Source: Cyanidioschyzon merolae
Taxonomy: Eukaryota
Reading direction: 5' to 3' (one strand)
Length of the DNA stretch: 64,000 nucleotides
Assembly: GCA_000091205.1 (NCBI GenBank)
Contig: AP006497.2
The notes beneath the pieces are model-generated. The model was not told the origin of the DNA. It was given only the letters and a program-made list of their open reading frames with translations, and searched no databases. A program made the translations under genes and the position numbers. Positions 62,733 to 64,000 of this stretch are shown here, in pieces; positions within the stretch are counted from its first letter, which is position 1; each line of letters opens with the position of its first letter.

Positions 62733-63860
62733 TTAGATTCGATCCAATGGTACAGGAGCCTGCGCAGCATCGTCGCCCTCTTCGACGCACCGTTGTACGT
62801 ACTCCTCGAACGATTCAAAATCATACCGAAACTGACCTAATTTGGCACGCGAACGTGAAGTATCGAAACGCTTTCCCGCTGGTCGAGCACTGCCACCACC
62901 ACGAACGGCTTCCGATTCTGCGGTAAAGACAGGCATTGGGCTCTTTGCGTACATCGGATGTCGTCGAGCGACCTCGCAGATCTCACGTCGCGAGAGCGGC
63001 TTTGCATCGGCAACGACAAGCGTCTCGCGCTCGAGACCCGGTTGCTCCAGTGCCGCTACAACCGCACGTGCCGCGTCATGGTAGCTTACGAGACTGATGA
63101 GCCCGTCGGGTGGACCACCAGTGACGGTTCCCCGACTAAGCCAGAAGCGGTGCGGGCCGCGTTCCAACGTGTACAGGCCGGCCAATCGAAGCACCGTACC
63201 GCCGGCATCGCGTACGACTTGTTCACACGCCAGAAGTTTCAGTGCCGACGGTGACGCGCCCGGCTCCGTCGGGTCCGTCACCACAGGCGAGTCTTCGCGA
63301 AGCACCGTCGGCGTCAAAGGCTCGCGGTACACGCCGATGGAAGAGGTGAAAACAAACGCAGCCGTTTCGGTGTCTGGTGTGCGTGCGACCCAGTATCGCT
63401 CCACTGCGCGACGAACCGCGGCAACATAGTCCTCGTTTTGCGACGGTGGTGCACAGAAGACGACGCGACGAAAGCGATCGAGACCGTAAGTTGCGGCATC
63501 CGCAAGCCGCAGTTCCAGAAACGGCAGGGTCGCACGCAGGACGCCGTGCGACGCAGGTGTGCGGCTCTCAGCCACAATTCGGGACGACGGGTATTTTTCG
63601 TGCCACATCGCAGCCACCGCACGACCAAGCACTCCTGGTCCGACGATCAGTAGCTCGTTCGGGTCCGCGGGTGGCCTGCTGGCGGACTCGTTGCCAGCGA
63701 GCATCCTGGTCGTTGCGCCGCCTCTCAAATGGACACCGTTTCGAACACTGCTCCCGTTCCGATTGCGAACGCTTTCACAAGCTGGTCTAGAGTGGCGTCC
63801 ACGTGCCTCTGGTCCTAGCCGCCAAAGCGCAAGCGCTACGAACATGAGTCGTTTAGGCAA
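62733..63860 (-). CDS. NAD(P)-binding Rossmann-fold epimerase/dehydratase-family (atypical SDR) protein with N-terminal extension
   Basis: LLIVGPGVLGRAVAA is a GxGxxG dinucleotide-binding motif following a ~70-aa Arg/Ser-rich N-terminus. Later segments (VVFCAPPS, FTSSIGVY) fit the NAD-dependent epimerase/dehydratase family. Confidence 0.65.
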   Translation of the reverse strand: MPKRLMFVALALWRLGPEARGRHSRPACESVRNRNGSSVRNGVHLRGGATTRMLAGNESASRPPADPNELLIVGPGVLGRAVAAMWHEKYPSSRIVAESRTPASHGVLRATLPFLELRLADAATYGLDRFRRVVFCAPPSQNEDYVAAVRRAVERYWVARTPDTETAAFVFTSSIGVYREPLTPTVLREDSPVVTDPTEPGASPSALKLLACEQVVRDAGGTVLRLAGLYTLERGPHRFWLSRGTVTGGPPDGLISLVSYHDAARAVVAALEQPGLERETLVVADAKPLSRREICEVARRHPMYAKSPMPVFTAESEAVRGGGSARPAGKRFDTSRSRAKLGQFRYDFESFEEYVQRCVEEGDDAAQAPVPLDRI

Positions 63861-64000
63861 CGGGATGACGTGTTCTACAGTAGGTTTTTCGCTGCGCTGG
63901 AAACGCGACGTCGTACGCGATCACAAAGCGGCAGCGACGTCTAGTGTGCAGTAATGTGTAGGTAGATTCTAAAATATTCAGTATTGTCCAGTTGCTTTGT

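Noticed and set aside
1-64000. Bacterial contamination as the source of the TnpB-like sequences and GT2/RidA genes
   Set aside because: The same contig carries unmistakably eukaryotic genes (Rpn10, eIF3d, HUS1, ELOF1, MRD1, Cdt1-like) interleaved with them.

Overview
The window is GC-rich (about 57-60% in genes), gene-dense (roughly one gene per 2 kb), essentially intron-free eukaryotic nuclear DNA, with genes on both strands.

Recognisable housekeeping genes include:
- proteasome Rpn10
- Nop52/RRP1
- Cdt1-like
- ATP12
- SBDS
- a GT2 glycosyltransferase
- a RidA-domain protein
- SCO1
- a redox-loop (chloroplast-type) fructose-1,6-bisphosphatase with a transit-peptide-like N-terminus
- MRD1/RBM19
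- ELOF1
- SDR and epimerase-family reductases
- an MPV17/PMP22-family protein
- a Nab3-like RRM protein
- a kynurenine-formamidase-like cyclase
- a C2H2 zinc-finger protein
- HUS1
- eIF3d
- a LONRF-like RING protein that runs off the left edge

The FBPase suggests a plastid-bearing, intron-poor lineage, but the taxon cannot be established from the sequence alone.

The main non-housekeeping content is a family of TnpB/Fanzor-like (RuvC nuclease, OMEGA-type) transposon-derived sequences. One is a long, recently decayed copy of roughly 570-740 codons (33946-35655 and probably up to 36084, minus strand). It carries a RuvC-I motif, a degenerate zinc finger, a RuvC-III NRDFNAAINI motif and several in-frame stops, inside a 5-kb block that is about 10% lower in GC (32.2-37.2 kb). 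At least three truncated C-terminal remnants are also present (21.5-22.0 kb, 32.4-32.7 kb and about 37.0-37.1 kb). These share a conserved CCGGTC-AAAAAGG-containing 3' flank that extends past the stop codon, which makes it a candidate guide-RNA (fRNA/omegaRNA) scaffold or transposon end.

Other notable structure is a 143-bp x ~7 minisatellite whose unit contains an 8-bp inverted repeat (5822-6812), and several trinucleotide repeats. No rRNA, tRNA or CRISPR features could be supported.
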